From the NCBI GenBank assembly GCA_031835245.2, contig JAVKOQ020000094.1, forward strand, positions 62,001 through 126,000: a stretch of DNA of 64,000 bases. The letters run 5' to 3'. The DNA comes from Balamuthia mandrillaris (Eukaryota). A model generated the notes under the pieces. The model ran no database searches. It was not told where the DNA came from and saw only the letters and a program-made list of their open reading frames with translations. Positions within the stretch are counted from its first letter, which is position 1. The number at the start of each line of letters is the position of its first letter. A program made the position numbers and the translations under genes. Below are positions 38,222 to 51,252 of this stretch, piece by piece.

Positions 38222-40534
38222 ATGAAGAGGGGGATTACCAGCACCGCCAGCGGCCTTGCTTTCACCCCTCTGCTGCTCTTTCCTTTAGGGCGGTGTCACG
38301 TGGTGCAACGTGCCGGACCTTTCAGGCGCGTTGGCTCCCTGCCTTTCCGCAGAGGGTTGTGCGGGGGTAGCCCCTCGTCGCCACCGGCGGTGGCGTACGG
38401 TGGGTTGGCATCCCAGCGGTGGGGCCGACCGCACAGCCCCTCAACACTTGCATATCGTTCTGCTTGGCGAGGTGGTGGGGTGTGCATGGCAGTGCCTCCG
38501 TTATCAGAGCGGAGGAACACAGCAGCAACTTGGTGGCAGCGACAACGAGGCTACCATCGTTCCACTGCTTGCCAACAACAACAACAACAACAACCAGGAG
38601 GAACAGGCAAAGGAGGGCAGCGGCGGCCAAAAGAGTACTTGCAGGACAGACGAGAGCGACACCTTCCCTGGGTGGAGCGTAAAGAGAAACCAAAGGAACG
38701 ATCTGTGTCTCCTGCTGCTCTGCAAACCGCTGTACGGGACCAGAACCTATCCCTCCTTAAGCAACTCATTCAGCAAAGCACCGAGTTACAGAACAGACAA
38801 GAAAACCCCCTCATGGTACTTCCCAACTCTCCTCTCCTTCTTCTTCTTTTTCTTCTTCTCGCGTTCATGTAATCTCTGTGGTTTTGGTAGTTAGCAGCAT
38901 TGTACAAAGGAAGGAAGTTGATGGAGTCGCTGCTGAGCTCTGGCCATGACCCCAACTATAGGAACAAGCGGAAGCTGACCGCCCTCCACTACTGCAGCGT
39001 CACTGACTTTACTCGTGGCATCGAGTTACTGTTGGACCGTGGAGCTGAGCTTGAGCCCAGAGATGAAATGGGTAAAACCTCCTTCCCTCCGCACCGCACT
39101 ATCTGCTTACCCGCTCCATCCGCCCTCTTCATCTCCTTTTAAATATTCAATTGCAGGGATAACGCCGCTGCACCAGGCTGCCCTCTCACAAAGTTTGAAA
39201 GCACTATCTGTATTGGTGGAGAAGGGTGCTAGTCTTAGCGCACGGGACAACGAGGGAGATACTCCCCTCCACACCGCCGCTCGAGTTAACAGCTTTAAAT
39301 CCGCCATTGCATTACTGGACAGGGGTGCCAACCCTGACGCCCAGAACGAAAAAGGAGATACACCACTCCACCTCGCTGCTTGCTCCGATGAAAGTAAGGT
39401 GCTCTCTGTACTGCTGCAGTATAAGGCCAGTCTTTTCATTCGTAACAACGATGGTGCGGATGCTCAATCCAGACGCTTCTCTCTCTCCCTCTCAGCGAAG
39501 GACTGACATGTAATATGACTAATCACCGACTCACATTTTGAAGGATTGACGCCTCTCCACTTAGCCTGTCAGAACAAGGCAGATACCGCATCAGTGGGAA
39601 TGCTGATAAAAGCTGGAGCTGACGCCAATGACTCGTTATCGGGTAGCATGGCTCCTTTACACTATGCAGCGTACTGTGGCAATGCAAATGCAGTAAACTC
39701 TTTGTTGGAAGGTAAAGCCATGCCTGATGTTGCCTCTGAAGAGGGTTGGACGCCGCTCTTGTTGGCTTCCCAAGAGGGCCACTTTGGGTGCATGGCCCTT
39801 CTCCTCAATTACGGGGCCAAACCCAATCAACAAAACATGGACGGTTTGGCTCCACTTCATCTCGCTGTATTCCATCCTCGTTGTGTGGAGGCTCTTCTTC
39901 ATGCTGGGGCTGATCCAAATATAAAGGATAATAACCGCCTTACCCCTCTTCATACTGGTAATTTGCTTCTTCTTCTTCTTTCTTGTTCTTTGTGAAACCT
40001 GACATTATGCCTCTTACCATGCAAATAGCGGCCCAGTTTTCACAGACAGAAACAAACGAGTCGGTGGAACTGCTGCTAGAGGCAGGGGGCGACATTAATA
40101 GCTCAACCCCTGATGGGGTTACACCTCTGCTAATGGCGATTGACTTTGGCAATGAGAGCCTGGCCCAGCTGTTCCTAGAGGCAGGAGCGGACCCCAACGC
40201 CGCCAAAAACTCAGGCAAGACAGCGCTGCACCTAGCGGTGAGCTCCGGCATGCTGGATTTAGTGCGGTTCATGTTGAAGAGAGTAGAGGGAGTCGACCCC
40301 AATCTTGTGGACAAGCATGGCTATACCCCTTTGGACTACGCCGTTGAAGATGGAAGCCAACCCCTCATCGTTCTCCTTCAGAAGCACGGTGCCGAGATAA
40401 GGGCTATGAGCAAAGCTGACCTCGCGCGAGCCAAACGCAAAATGAGCGATGCTGAAGAGCGAGTGCTTGCCCACCTACAGCGCCGCCTTTCAGAAGAGAG
40501 ACCCCACGATGAAGAAGACGAAGATCAGCAATAA
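38222..40534 (+). CDS. Multi-ankyrin-repeat protein with a mitochondrial-presequence-like N-terminus
   Basis: More than 10 TPLH-type repeats across exons; N-terminus rich in Arg/Ser and poor in acidic residues. Confidence 0.85.
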
Positions 40535-40821
40535 ACTACAAATTTCTCAGCAAAAGCATGGCTCTTTCAGATGTTAATGTCTCATTGAAATGCTTGTGAA
40601 CAAGCATTTATTCTTTCTTTTTCCCTTCCATTAGCCAGAGCGCTTCTAAAGACTCATATGTGACGTGCACATAAACGATTGGAGTATTGTGGTGAAGTGT
40701 TGCTGGGGCGCAAGGCCGTTCTCATCTGCCATGTCTTGGTGGAATTTGAGCCAGATGGAGACCTGCTCGTTTGCCAAAGGTTCCAAAGCCCAACGGGCTA
40801 CTTTATAGCGGCCCTATTCAT

Positions 40822-41876
40822 TTAGTACTTGCGGCGGGAATTGGCGGTCGGGCTTGGTTTTTCAAACTGGTGCACGAGGAGGTTTTTAGGTTTTTTTTTT
40901 TGTTTTTGCAACAAAAAGAGCAGACGGGTTTTTACCACAGGGGACAAAGGGCCTACCCGTATTCTACTCTCATAAAACGCCAACACTTTTTCAGGTATCT
41001 TGAGGTTGGCCACTGCTGCTGGCACCAACGTCATCTGTTCTTTTCCCTTCCTGCAAAGAACCTCTCAACCGTCAGCCTTTGTACTGCCTTCATGCGTACT
41101 TGGCGGAGGAGGGAAGAGACAACGAACCAAGATAGATACAGCATTAGGCCGTGTTTAGGGTCCATATAGGCACCTAAAATATTCTCTGGCTCGTCTCCAT
41201 AATCCCAACCTATCTGCGCATTCTGCAATTGATGAATCTTTTCGTTCTTGTGGATGCAATGTCAGGAGAGAGCGAGAGAGACAGAGAGACAGAGTCATAG
41301 ACAGAATACCATATCCATTGGCTGTTGCTGGGGCTGTGGTTGGGGAGGAGCGGGGCGAGGAGTTTCACGAGGACGTTTTGTGCTTTTGTTCCGTTGGGCA
41401 AGCTCTCGCTCGAATTGGGTAATGAGTTGCGGGCAACTTGTGTCCTCTTTCTTTTCCCACGTGTTTGCAGAGTCAGGATAGCCTTCCCACTTCAGCAGGT
41501 ACTCCACTTTACCCTACAACACATAACATATGAGAGTACTGGTTGCTTAGCTGATTTGTGGGCAACGTACCCGACGGACACGTCTTCCCACCACTTTTTC
41601 CACAACGTAGACCTGTACAGCATAAACCGCGACCATTTACAAGACGAGTTATGAATCAGCTCACGCACAAGGAAGAGTGGGTGGTCAGGGGTACGCTACG
41701 TTTCTTCCCTTGAATCGTTTTAGGGGTTGTTGTTCCTCCGCTTCCTCTGCCTCCTCCGCTTCCTCCGCTTCCTCCGCTTCCTCTTCTTTCTTTTCGTGGT
41801 GCTGGGCCTCTTCTCCTTCGTGTGAGGCGGGGCGGCTCCGGCCGCCACCACCACTTTTGGCAGGGTTAGAGCTCAT
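40822..41876 (-). CDS. HP1-like chromodomain + chromoshadow protein (3' end uncertain, may extend to about 40650)
   Basis: [11 protein letters not shown]...[27 protein letters not shown]...LYLSWKG...[23 protein letters not shown]. Confidence 0.88.
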
Positions 41877-42109
41877 GTGTATTCCTCTCAGCTTTGCTTG
41901 CACAAGGAGGAAGAAGGCACAAGGAGGAGGTAACAACCAACACAGGTTACCCCTCATGCAAAATGAAGTCAAACCTTTCTTGACGGTGGGATCCGATCGG
42001 CACCACAGCCCAAAAAAAAAGTTGCCTTATTACTTCAAACTGATTACAATTGACAAAAAATAGTTCTAAACGTATGTAGTACCTTGCGCAAGTAGAAAAC
42101 TTTGCCGCT

Positions 42110-45100
42110 CTAGTAAGTTTTGAGGAAAGAAAAGCGCTTGGCCAGAGCGCGCTTGGCCAACCAGAAGAGGAGGAGGGAGGAGAGGAACTCCAGCACACCC
42201 AGCAGCATCACTATTATCTCCTTTTCGATGCTATCAGCGAGGAACACCCGAATGCCTGTCGTGTCCCAGCGAGGCTCCGTCCACAGAGGCTCTGCTGGGT
42301 TTACTATTTTCCAGCGGCCCTTGTGGTAGTCATAGTAGAGGCCTGGTGAAAAGGCATCGTGGTAATACACATTGCGGCCCGCTTGCATACACACATGCAT
42401 CAAACACCTCATTCCTTGCTGCATGATGGCAATTATGTTAAGAGAGAAGAGAGAGAACGAGAGATCAGAGCAGAGAGAGGCATACATCGGAGGGGCAATC
42501 CTTGGAAGTATTGCAGGCTATTTGTTGATCGGGCGGAAGGTAACGTTGAGGGGAGGTTAGCACGCTCACCGATTCGTGAAGCAGCTTTGGTGTCAACTCA
42601 ATCGATTTCAGCCAACGAAATACGCCTGTATAGTGGGATGGAGGCTCCGGCGCTTTCTCTATACCGAGCACCAGTTAATCATCAAAAAAGGGCAAGAGAT
42701 AGAACAGAGAGAGAGAGAGAGAGAGAGAGAGCACGGGGGAGAGATCAGAAGGAAGGAAGGCCAATTACTCAGATGCAGCAACTCAGTATTCCATTTACAA
42801 GTATTATTGCTGACTAAGCACTCCAAGAAGGCATTTGCCTTAAGACAGAAAGAGCATCAATGTCATTATGATACAAGTCAAATAAGAGTGGTGCATTGAT
42901 TTTGTAATTACCACTGTACAGTTAGCAAGCAGCTGAGAGGGAGGGTCCGGTGTGTCTGGATGAGACAGCTTCCAAATGGCTCTCGCTACAAAAGTGGCGA
43001 CAGAGCAAACGCTGCTCGTCCCGTTCGCACCGTCATAAAAGAGATTCTTATAATTATCCAAGCGGCTATGGTAGAACCTAATTCATGCAAGCAGTAGAGA
43101 TAATCATTCCGTCATGTTAATCAACCCCCAATTGAGGGTAAGAGCGGCATATGATGCAAACCTGTTCTTATATTGCGTGGAATAATCAGCAAGCACTACT
43201 CCAGGAATAGAAGAGTTAGCCCGAAGGAAGCTGTTAAGAGAAGCAGGAGGAATCTCAAAGGGTGTTTCGAAGGCATTTCGGAGGGTAAGATTGCACGTCT
43301 GGGAAACAGATTGCAAGGTGGATAGAAGGGATTGGTTTGGGTTATCAGGTTCCCGATGAACATAGAGTACTGGGTCTAATGGTAATGTTCAGAAATAATA
43401 GGAAAGTGTTAGTGTTTAAGATTTGGAAGAAGTAACAGACCACATCAACAAAAATTAACGTACCGGAAGTGCTCATCAGTGCAACTTGGTCTATTTCAAT
43501 GATGGCAGAAATACGATCTAAAGAAATATTGCGAAACTCCAAACTGTTTTTAAGGGGGTGCTTGCAAGCATCTTGTCCGTCTGCTTCTTCGCACTTGAAA
43601 CCTGGATTTGCGTTCAGTTGAAGAAAAGAAGCGGATGTACGAGAGCGCTTTAGTAACAAGAAGTGGAAGCTATCTTTTATCACAGTACCTTGGATGTCTT
43701 GAACAAACTTTTTGGAACCAAGATAGCCCCACGCCTCTCCTGTCCAGAAAGCCACAACAACCTGTACAGGAGAAGAAGCATCTTGTTCCCGTTCTTGAGA
43801 TTCCTGCTGTCTTTTGTAAGCAGCTAAAGCATCCAGCGCTGTTAGCAACGTGGCTATCGCTGATGAATGTGACTCTGCGCCTATGGAAAGATCATGAAAC
43901 ATAGCCCTTTTGTTTTTTTTTTGTCACATAAACGGGAAACAAGGACAGGAATAGGGGAGTCTGTGCGCAGAGAATAGCGCTAAATAGAACGGTAAGAGCA
44001 ACATACGTGCTGTCCAGCTGAGCCATTACGAGCAGAATAGGCTTCTGAGGGTCAACGTGACCGTTCTGCTCCAACGTGGCCCACACGCTTTGTCCGCCCA
44101 TGGGGTCACAGTACTCGCGACGGAGACATGTTTCCGAGTCGCCAGCTCCCCACATGAAGGCGTTGAATTCGACAGCCCACTTGGGCCAAGTGTCCTCCTT
44201 TTGGTTAATCTTTGCCTTTTCCAAAAAGTACTCGCTGTCATTTTCGTTCAACACGAACATTGGGAACGATATTTTCTTGAATGCCCAGTCGTCCCCCTAA
44301 ATCGTTTGTGATGGGTAACCAAGCTATGCTGTTAGCTTACTGGCATGGCTGACTTACAAAGTGAAATCAAGAGGACTCCAACAACAAGAGGCTGAAGGAG
44401 AGAGGAGGGAGAGAGAAAAAGAGAAAGAGAAACGACGAAAGAGAAAGAGAGGCCGTACACAAGGATTCCATGTGTAGTTAGAATTAGGGTGCAGGCCCCA
44501 CTGACGGTTGGGGTGGAGGCTCGCTGGGGAGAAGCCTACTTTACCAGGCTCCTGCTTACATGACGTGACTGCAGCAAACCAAACAGAAACATTTAGAGTG
44601 AGTAAGCGTTGGAAGTAGCCTCAACTCTGACAACCACCACAACCAGTGGAACAAAAACTATGAACGGAAAGAGAAAGGGTATATTTACAAGAAGAGAGAG
44701 GTTCGTCCTGGGCAGGGGCAAGCACCAACAGGCCACGAACTGCGTTAGAGTCGTACAACCGCTCCACTATGGTGCTGTCATTATTGAGGCACGTTATTGT
44801 ACAGCCGCAAAAGCAAAAAAGAAAGAGTCGGTTGTTGTTGCTGCTGCTGCTGAGAATGAACCTACAGCAGCAGGCGAAACATACCTGTTGAAGAGGTGAG
44901 AGGCCAGCACGACGGCTTTGTGGTCGATGAGGGTGTCCTTGAAGTCTTTCACAAACTTGTTGAGGTCTTCCTCGCTGAGAACTGGGTGAAGGAAGCCAAC
45001 GGTGCCTCCCTCCGGGGCTGTAGGTTGAAGCAATTTTGTTAGTGCGTTTTTTTTTCCTGTTGGTTGGAGGGAGAGGAGAGGGAGAGAGAGAGAGAGAGAG

Positions 45101-45351
45101 AGAACAGAAAAAAAAAGAGAGCAGAACATACCAGAAGCTCCAACTTCTCCAGTTTTGTGCAAGAGGCGGACGGCAGGCCTGGGTGTGCCTTTGTGCGTGT
45201 AGATCTGGTTGTAGAGGTACTTTGGTCCTGGTGCGTAGGCCCCGCCAGCTGGCGCCGCTGTTGGAAGAAGCAGCGCCAGAAAAAGAAGAGGAAACGAGCA
45301 AAGGCTCGCCAACGCGGCCACACGGCGGTCTATCCGGTGGTACCTTTTCAT
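42110..45351 (-). CDS. NCSTN: Nicastrin (gamma-secretase subunit), many exons
   Basis: Signal peptide; CDPMGGQSVW, MAQLDS, FWTGEAWGYLGS, IPPASL, FYHSRLD, HDAFSPG, WTEPRW, C-terminal TM. Confidence 0.9.
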
Positions 45352-45547
45352 TCTATCTATGCTATTGTTTTCTGCTTTTGTTTCTCTGGCGCCTCTCCTC
45401 CTCGCCTCCCCTTGCTCTTTCTTTTCTTTCTTCTTGTTGGCTGTAATGTGTCGACATTTTCATGACGACGTGAAAAGGCAATAAATACGAAAGGAATGTT
45501 TGGTATTCCTCAGTCAGCGGGAAGCAAGAAAGGGTCGCCCAACAAGG

Positions 45548-47248
45548 ATGAACGCCGGCGACGTTGCGCTGCCGCAAAGCGAAGGAGGAAGCCGTCCTTC
45601 CGCACCCGGAGCGAAGGAGCAAGATAAAGAGTGGATCCTTCGTGTGTTTGGATGTGAGCTCATACAGCAGGCTGGTATTCTGCTTTCTTTGTATGCTGCC
45701 CTGTCTTACGGCCTCTCATCGTTTGGCTTTTTTTAACACAAAAAAATAACTCTGCAGACCACAAGCAGCCATGGTTACCGCACAAATCCTCTTTCATCGG
45801 TTCTACTCTACTCGCTCTCCTTCTCAGTACAGCGTCAAGGTATCTTACTTTAGCTTCATCTCGCTCTCTCTATGGTTTTTGCCTTGTTTGTCTCGAGTGG
45901 GAGGGCGCGCTCACCAGTAACTCACTTTGGCTGTTGAAAAAGAAAATGGCAATGGCAACGTTGTTCCTGGCTTCCAAGTTGGAGGACAGCCCACGCCAGA
46001 TGAGAGACTTTTTGAACGTATTTCATGTGTTACAACAGGAACGAAGCAAACAAGCCAACCCGCACCTGCCACACGGTGCTACCACTCGGCTGGACACATC
46101 ATCGGGGGTACCATTTCTGCCATCCGCTGAGTGCTTTTTTATTTTGATGCATGCTGCTCCACTGTTATAATCTAACTCTAGGCTGTAGGAGTATTGGGAG
46201 TCCAAAGCGCAACTCATAGAAACGGAAAGAGAGTTACTGATAGAACTAGGCTTTCACGTGCGTCTTTATCTCTCTTTTTTTTTTGGTCTCCTCCCATAGC
46301 ATCAACACCACTGCCTTGTTGACTCGTTTGTTTTTGCTTGCACTTGTTGCCTGATGGTGAACGCCATTGGTTTGTGTATCAGGTGAATGTGGAGCATCCA
46401 CACAAGTTCATATTGGGATATCTTCGCGTGTTGGAGGCTGAAAAGAACCAGGACTTTGCACAAACGGCGTGGAGCTTCATCAATGACAGTTTGCGCACCA
46501 ACGTGTGCGTGTGCTTTCGGCCCGAAGTGGTGGCCACTGCCGCTATCTACTTGGCTGCTCGCCATCTACGCATTGCCCTGCCTGAACATCCTCCTTGGTG
46601 GGAGCTCTTTGAGGTCAGCAAGAAAGGTATTTGAACTTCTCTCTTTTATTTTTCATGAAGGTTTCTAATGGTAAAAAGCACGTGCTTGTCCTTGCCCTCT
46701 TCAGAAATACACCAAGTGTGCAGAGCTGTGCTGCAACTGTATGAATGCCCAAAGCTACTGGATCCTACGTTATCACCAGTTTCTTCTGCAACGGCCACAC
46801 TACCATCCTCCACTTCCACTTCTCTACCCAGCAATGCCCAACCAACATTAACAACCACCATCTCCATCACAACCACGTCAAGTAAAAAGGTAAACACTCC
46901 TCTTTTTAGTGGCACCCCTCTTCTTCTTCTCTAAAGTGGTGCCGCCAATCCATTGCAACACAGGAGGGAGAGAAGCACAGCCGTAGTACCAGCAGTAGCG
47001 ACAGCAGCAGGAATAGCAGCAGAAAACGAAGTAGGAGCAGAAGTAATAGCAGGCACTCAAGCCGGAGTCCCCATCGCAGAAGTGAGAGTAGTAGCCATCG
47101 GCGGCGAAGCGGTGATGAACGGCGCTATGCTAGCAGTGCCTCTGATAGAAGAAGGAGCAGTGCAACGGACAGAGAGCGGGAGAGCAGAGGTCGCCGGCGC
47201 AGCAATAGCAGAGAACGCAGTGACGGTAGGCATCACGGCAGGCGGTGA
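45548..47248 (+). CDS. Cyclin L with C-terminal RS domain
   Basis: LRVFGCELIQQAGILL, TAQILFHRFY, FLASKLED, EHPHKFI, AWSFINDSLRT, PPWWELF; Arg/Ser-rich tail. Confidence 0.92.
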
Positions 47249-47355
47249 TGCTACTCACGCATAGACCCGCTAAACTCAATATTATAACGTCAACACCACA
47301 CCAAAACAAACACAACTAAACAAATTAATAAATAAATAAATAGAAGGCTACAGGC

Positions 47356-48627
47356 TCAAAAATGGGGCGCAGCAGGACGGCCGTTCACAAGTTTAATGTA
47401 GGCGTTCACGCTGCTGTCTTTTTCTGTTCGCAACGAAAAATGTAACTGTTCATTTGAAATGGGTGTTGTGGCAGTCATTAGAATACAAACAGAGAGAGAG
47501 AGAGAGAGGGCGCTTACCCTTTCCTGGCGACAATGCTGCGGCATTTGAAGGTAGCGCCATAACGCACAGCCCAGTTGCAAGTCCACTCTGACTCAGGCGG
47601 GATCACAAAATATTTGGAGAGCAAACTCTCAACAGGAAGAGAAGAGATGGCTGATGATGAAACAACAACAAAACAAAGTTAGACCAAAGATGGTTCAGTT
47701 CAAAGGAGGCAAGAAGGAAACAAACCAGAGGAACTGGGTCCTGGATCAGACAGCACCACGATATTGTGCTTCTTGCAGAATTGCAAGAGGCTTGCAAGGT
47801 CAGGTTCCGTGCGAGAAACCTGGTTTACTCTTGGCTTGATCTGAAGTTTGGGCAGCAGGCTCTCCAGGTCGGCCCGCATGAACTCGCATAAGCCCAGCGT
47901 GGTGACCTTACCCTCTGCATGCAACTGCTCTAGCTCCTTTATTTTTTTAAAAAAACCATCATGAGAGGACATAGAAAACGAAAAACGAAAAACGAAAAAC
48001 GAAAACCATAGAGCAGGAACAACAATAGCTTACCTTCCACATTTGTAAAAAGTGGGTGTGCGAGGCTTTGCAGGAGAGTAGAACGGTGTCCACCATTGTC
48101 ACGTCCATTTGCAACAAAATAGCCTCCAAGGCCTCACGTACATTCTGGGCTGTGGCCTCCGAACTCAGGTAAAGACGGGCTGTTGTGATAAGAGCAAGAG
48201 GGAGGAGGGAGAGAGAATAAGCATTTCATTCATCCAATGGTTGCTCGTGTGTATTACCCGTTAGTTTTAGTTTTTGGTGTTTCTTTTCTCCAATCTTCGC
48301 ATCTGGGATTTTGCCAGTCCGCGTGCGGAAGATGGCGATTTCCAACATTCTAAGCAGCTATAAGACAAAGAGAAGGCAACCAGAGTCAGACTCGCTCGAA
48401 GGAAACATTTTTAAAAAAAGCCAAGAGGAGAACAGGGAGATTAAAAAAAGGACCTCTGTAGCTCCTCCCAGGGCTCTCATCTCCGGCATGCAGCTCAACA
48501 TGTTGCCTGTGTTTAGGGTGAGGGCATCCGTTTGCAAGGCAGGCCGGTTCTCCTCCAGCCGTTCCTGTTGGACCTCTTCCTTGTGATGTCCGTTCAAACA
48601 GGGCGCAACCTTGACGTGTCCGTTCAT
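47356..48627 (-). CDS. GCLM: Glutamate-cysteine ligase modifier subunit-like (aldo-keto reductase fold)
   Basis: LNTGN, WKELEQLHAEGKVTTLGLCEF, KPRVNQV, LLQFCKKHNI, W-x-x-W-RY-like segment. Confidence 0.7.
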
Positions 48628-49174
48628 CTTTGGACGCAAAATAAAAGCGAAAAAATAAAAACTGTTGAGCAAAAAAATAACAACAAGGGTGAAAAAGCAC
48701 ACGAAGATTTCGAAAGTACCATGAAGGCAGCTTGAAAAGAAGTCGCAATCTCGCGGGATAGAGGATAGTAAAATAGAGTTTAAAAAATTTGGGAGGCAAA
48801 CCCCGTCAACCCCCCCTTTGTGCCCCTCTCTCCGATTCTCCTGGTGGTGGATAGGATGAAAGAAAGTGAAAACGGTTGGTGGCCTCCTCCCCTTTTATTT
48901 ATTTTAAGGTATGGCGTTATCTCCCGCGTAAATTCCACAATGAAGGCTTTTTAGGTGGGCATCGGGCCTTTTCGGTGGTAAAATTCCCCGTCGGTGTTCC
49001 TTTGGCGCTTCCTTGGCAATTCCACAGGCAATGGGGTTGTTCCTGTGAGGTCCGGAGAGGCGGCAGAAGTAAACACTCCGAACAAAGGACATCCCCACTG
49101 AAAAGTATGTGTTGTTTTGTTAAATGGAGTGCTTTATTGATGATATGGGGTGGGTTTTCGTGTTGTTAAGTGCA

Positions 49175-50916
49175 TTAAATCAATTCGGACACATTCATCG
49201 GCTGCAGAAAAAAAAACGAACAGTTAGCTCTTAAGAGAAAGAAGGCAGGAGGAAAAGAGGGAGTTACCATTTCATCAATTTGAGTGGCGTAAAACTGCTC
49301 AATGTCGCGCAGGATGCGAACATCATCGTTTTTCACAAAGTTAATGGCCACACCTTTGCGTCCAAAACGGCCGGAACGACCAATCCTGTGAATGTAGTTC
49401 TCTCGGTTGTTGGGAAGATCGTAGTTAATTACAAGAGACACTTGAGACACGTCAATTCCACGTGCCCACAAATCAGTTGTGATGAGGACTCGCCTAAAAT
49501 ACGCCGCAATAAATAGCTCAGCAATGGTTCTTGGAAAAGGAGAGGAGTGGAGAGAGACTAAAGAGAAAACGAGACGAGAAAAAACAAGAACAAATGAGCC
49601 TTATATAAGGAGAGAATGGCTTACGCGTCTCCAGAGCGGAACTGTTCCATGATCTCATCACGTTCGTTCTGCGGCATGTCTCCATGCATGGAAACGACAG
49701 TGAAGTTAGCCTTGCGCATTTTGTCTGTTAGCCATTCGACCTTTCTCTTTGTATTGCAAAAGATGACGGCTTGTGTGATCGTCAACGTATCTAGAATGAT
49801 AGTCAGTCTAATGTCAGAATTGAATACTCCATTACAAAGGGAGAAGTGTCTTACCGTAGAGATCGCACAAGGTTTCAAACTTCCACTCCTCTTTTTCTAC
49901 TGCAATAAAGAACTGTTTGATTCCCTCGAGAGTGATTTCGTCACGCTTTACCAGTATACGAATAGGTTCGTTCATGAATTTGGTCGTCATTTCTAGTACT
50001 TCGTTGGAAAGTGTGGCAGAAACGAGCACGACTTGCGTGGAAGGAGGGAGGTAGCGGTAAATATCGTAGATCTGTTCTTTGAATCCCATGCTGAGCATCT
50101 CGTCAGCTTCGTCCAGCACCAGCATTTTAATGTTGCGGGTGCGAAGACTCTTTCTGCGAATCATGTCGAACACGCGGCCGGGTGTGCCGCTGACAACGTG
50201 AACTCCTTGTTCGAGCTTGTGCATGTCCTCCGGAATGTTGGTTCCGCCCACGCAACAGTGGACTCGCACGTTCATATAGTTGCCCAAAGAGAGAATGACC
50301 CTTTGGATTTGTCCTGCCAGCTCACGAGTGGGAGAGAGTACCAGGGCTTGCGTCTCCTTTGAGGTTGTGTCCAAAGACTGCAGCACTCTGTGTTATAAAA
50401 GAGACGGTTAGAGCAAGCGGAAACGTGTGGCTCGTCGGCAGCAATGCAGAGGGACATACCCAATGGAAAAGGTGGCCGTTTTACCAGTTCCTGATTGTGC
50501 TTGGGCGATCACGTCGCGTCCTTGTGTGATTGGGATGATGGCTCTTTGTTGAATGGCTGAAGGTTTTTCAAAGCCTGCAATCCCGATTCACGCGTTAGGG
50601 GAAAAGGAGAACAACCTTCCGAACAAACAATGTCAAAGAAGAAGATAAAAAAAAAGAAAACCTACCAAAGGCATAAATGCCACGAAGAAGCCGTTCCTTC
50701 AAGTTCATGTTGTCAAAGCTTGGTACCACTTTCACTCCCGACGTGGTTTCGAAATCCAAGACATCTTGGCTCAAGCGAGCACCGCCGCGTCCGGACTCTG
50801 AGGTGATAACGATAAGTGATAAGACTTCAAGGAGAGTAGGGCGATTGGGGAAGCACATTGGCTAAGAACTTTGGGTGCATCATCGTACCTTTGTTGTCTC
50901 TGCTGCTGCGTTGCAT
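49175..50916 (-). CDS. EIF4A3: eIF4A-III exon-junction-complex DEAD-box helicase
   Basis: [82 protein letters not shown]. Confidence 0.95.
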
Positions 50917-51056
50917 CCTCCTTTGCTTTGTGAGTGGTGTGTGCCTATTCTTCCTCTCCCCCTTTCTCCCTCTTTTTTTTTTGCTACTCCTTTGTTGCTT
51001 CTTTTTCTCCGCTTGGCCCTGACGCTGTGGAATGACCCTCAGGTTACTTTCCTACA

Positions 51057-51080
51057 CTAACCCTAACCCTAACCCTAACC
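51057..51080 (+). repeat. Interstitial telomere-type repeat (CTAACC)4 in the EIF4A3/VPS35 divergent intergenic region
   Basis: CTAACCCTAACCCTAACCCTAACC, i.e. a TTAGGG-type repeat on the minus strand. Confidence 0.85.
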
Positions 51081-51252
51081 TGGCGAACATTGCCATTTTT
51101 TTTTCTTTTCCCCCTCTTTTTCTTTCCTCCCTTTCTGCCTTGCGTTTTAAAAAAAGCGGGAGGGGGAAAGGGAGAAGGTGTTGTTGGTGGTTTGATCTGT
51201 CCCTAAGCCTGTTGTGTCCGCTTCCTTGCTTCACTCTATTTGATACGCGAAA

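Noticed and set aside
46953..47264. 103-aa Ala/Val-rich ORF
   Set aside because: Alternative frame of the cyclin L RS domain
47972..48007. (GAAAAAC)n heptamer array
   Set aside because: Simple intronic repeat with no spacers; not CRISPR
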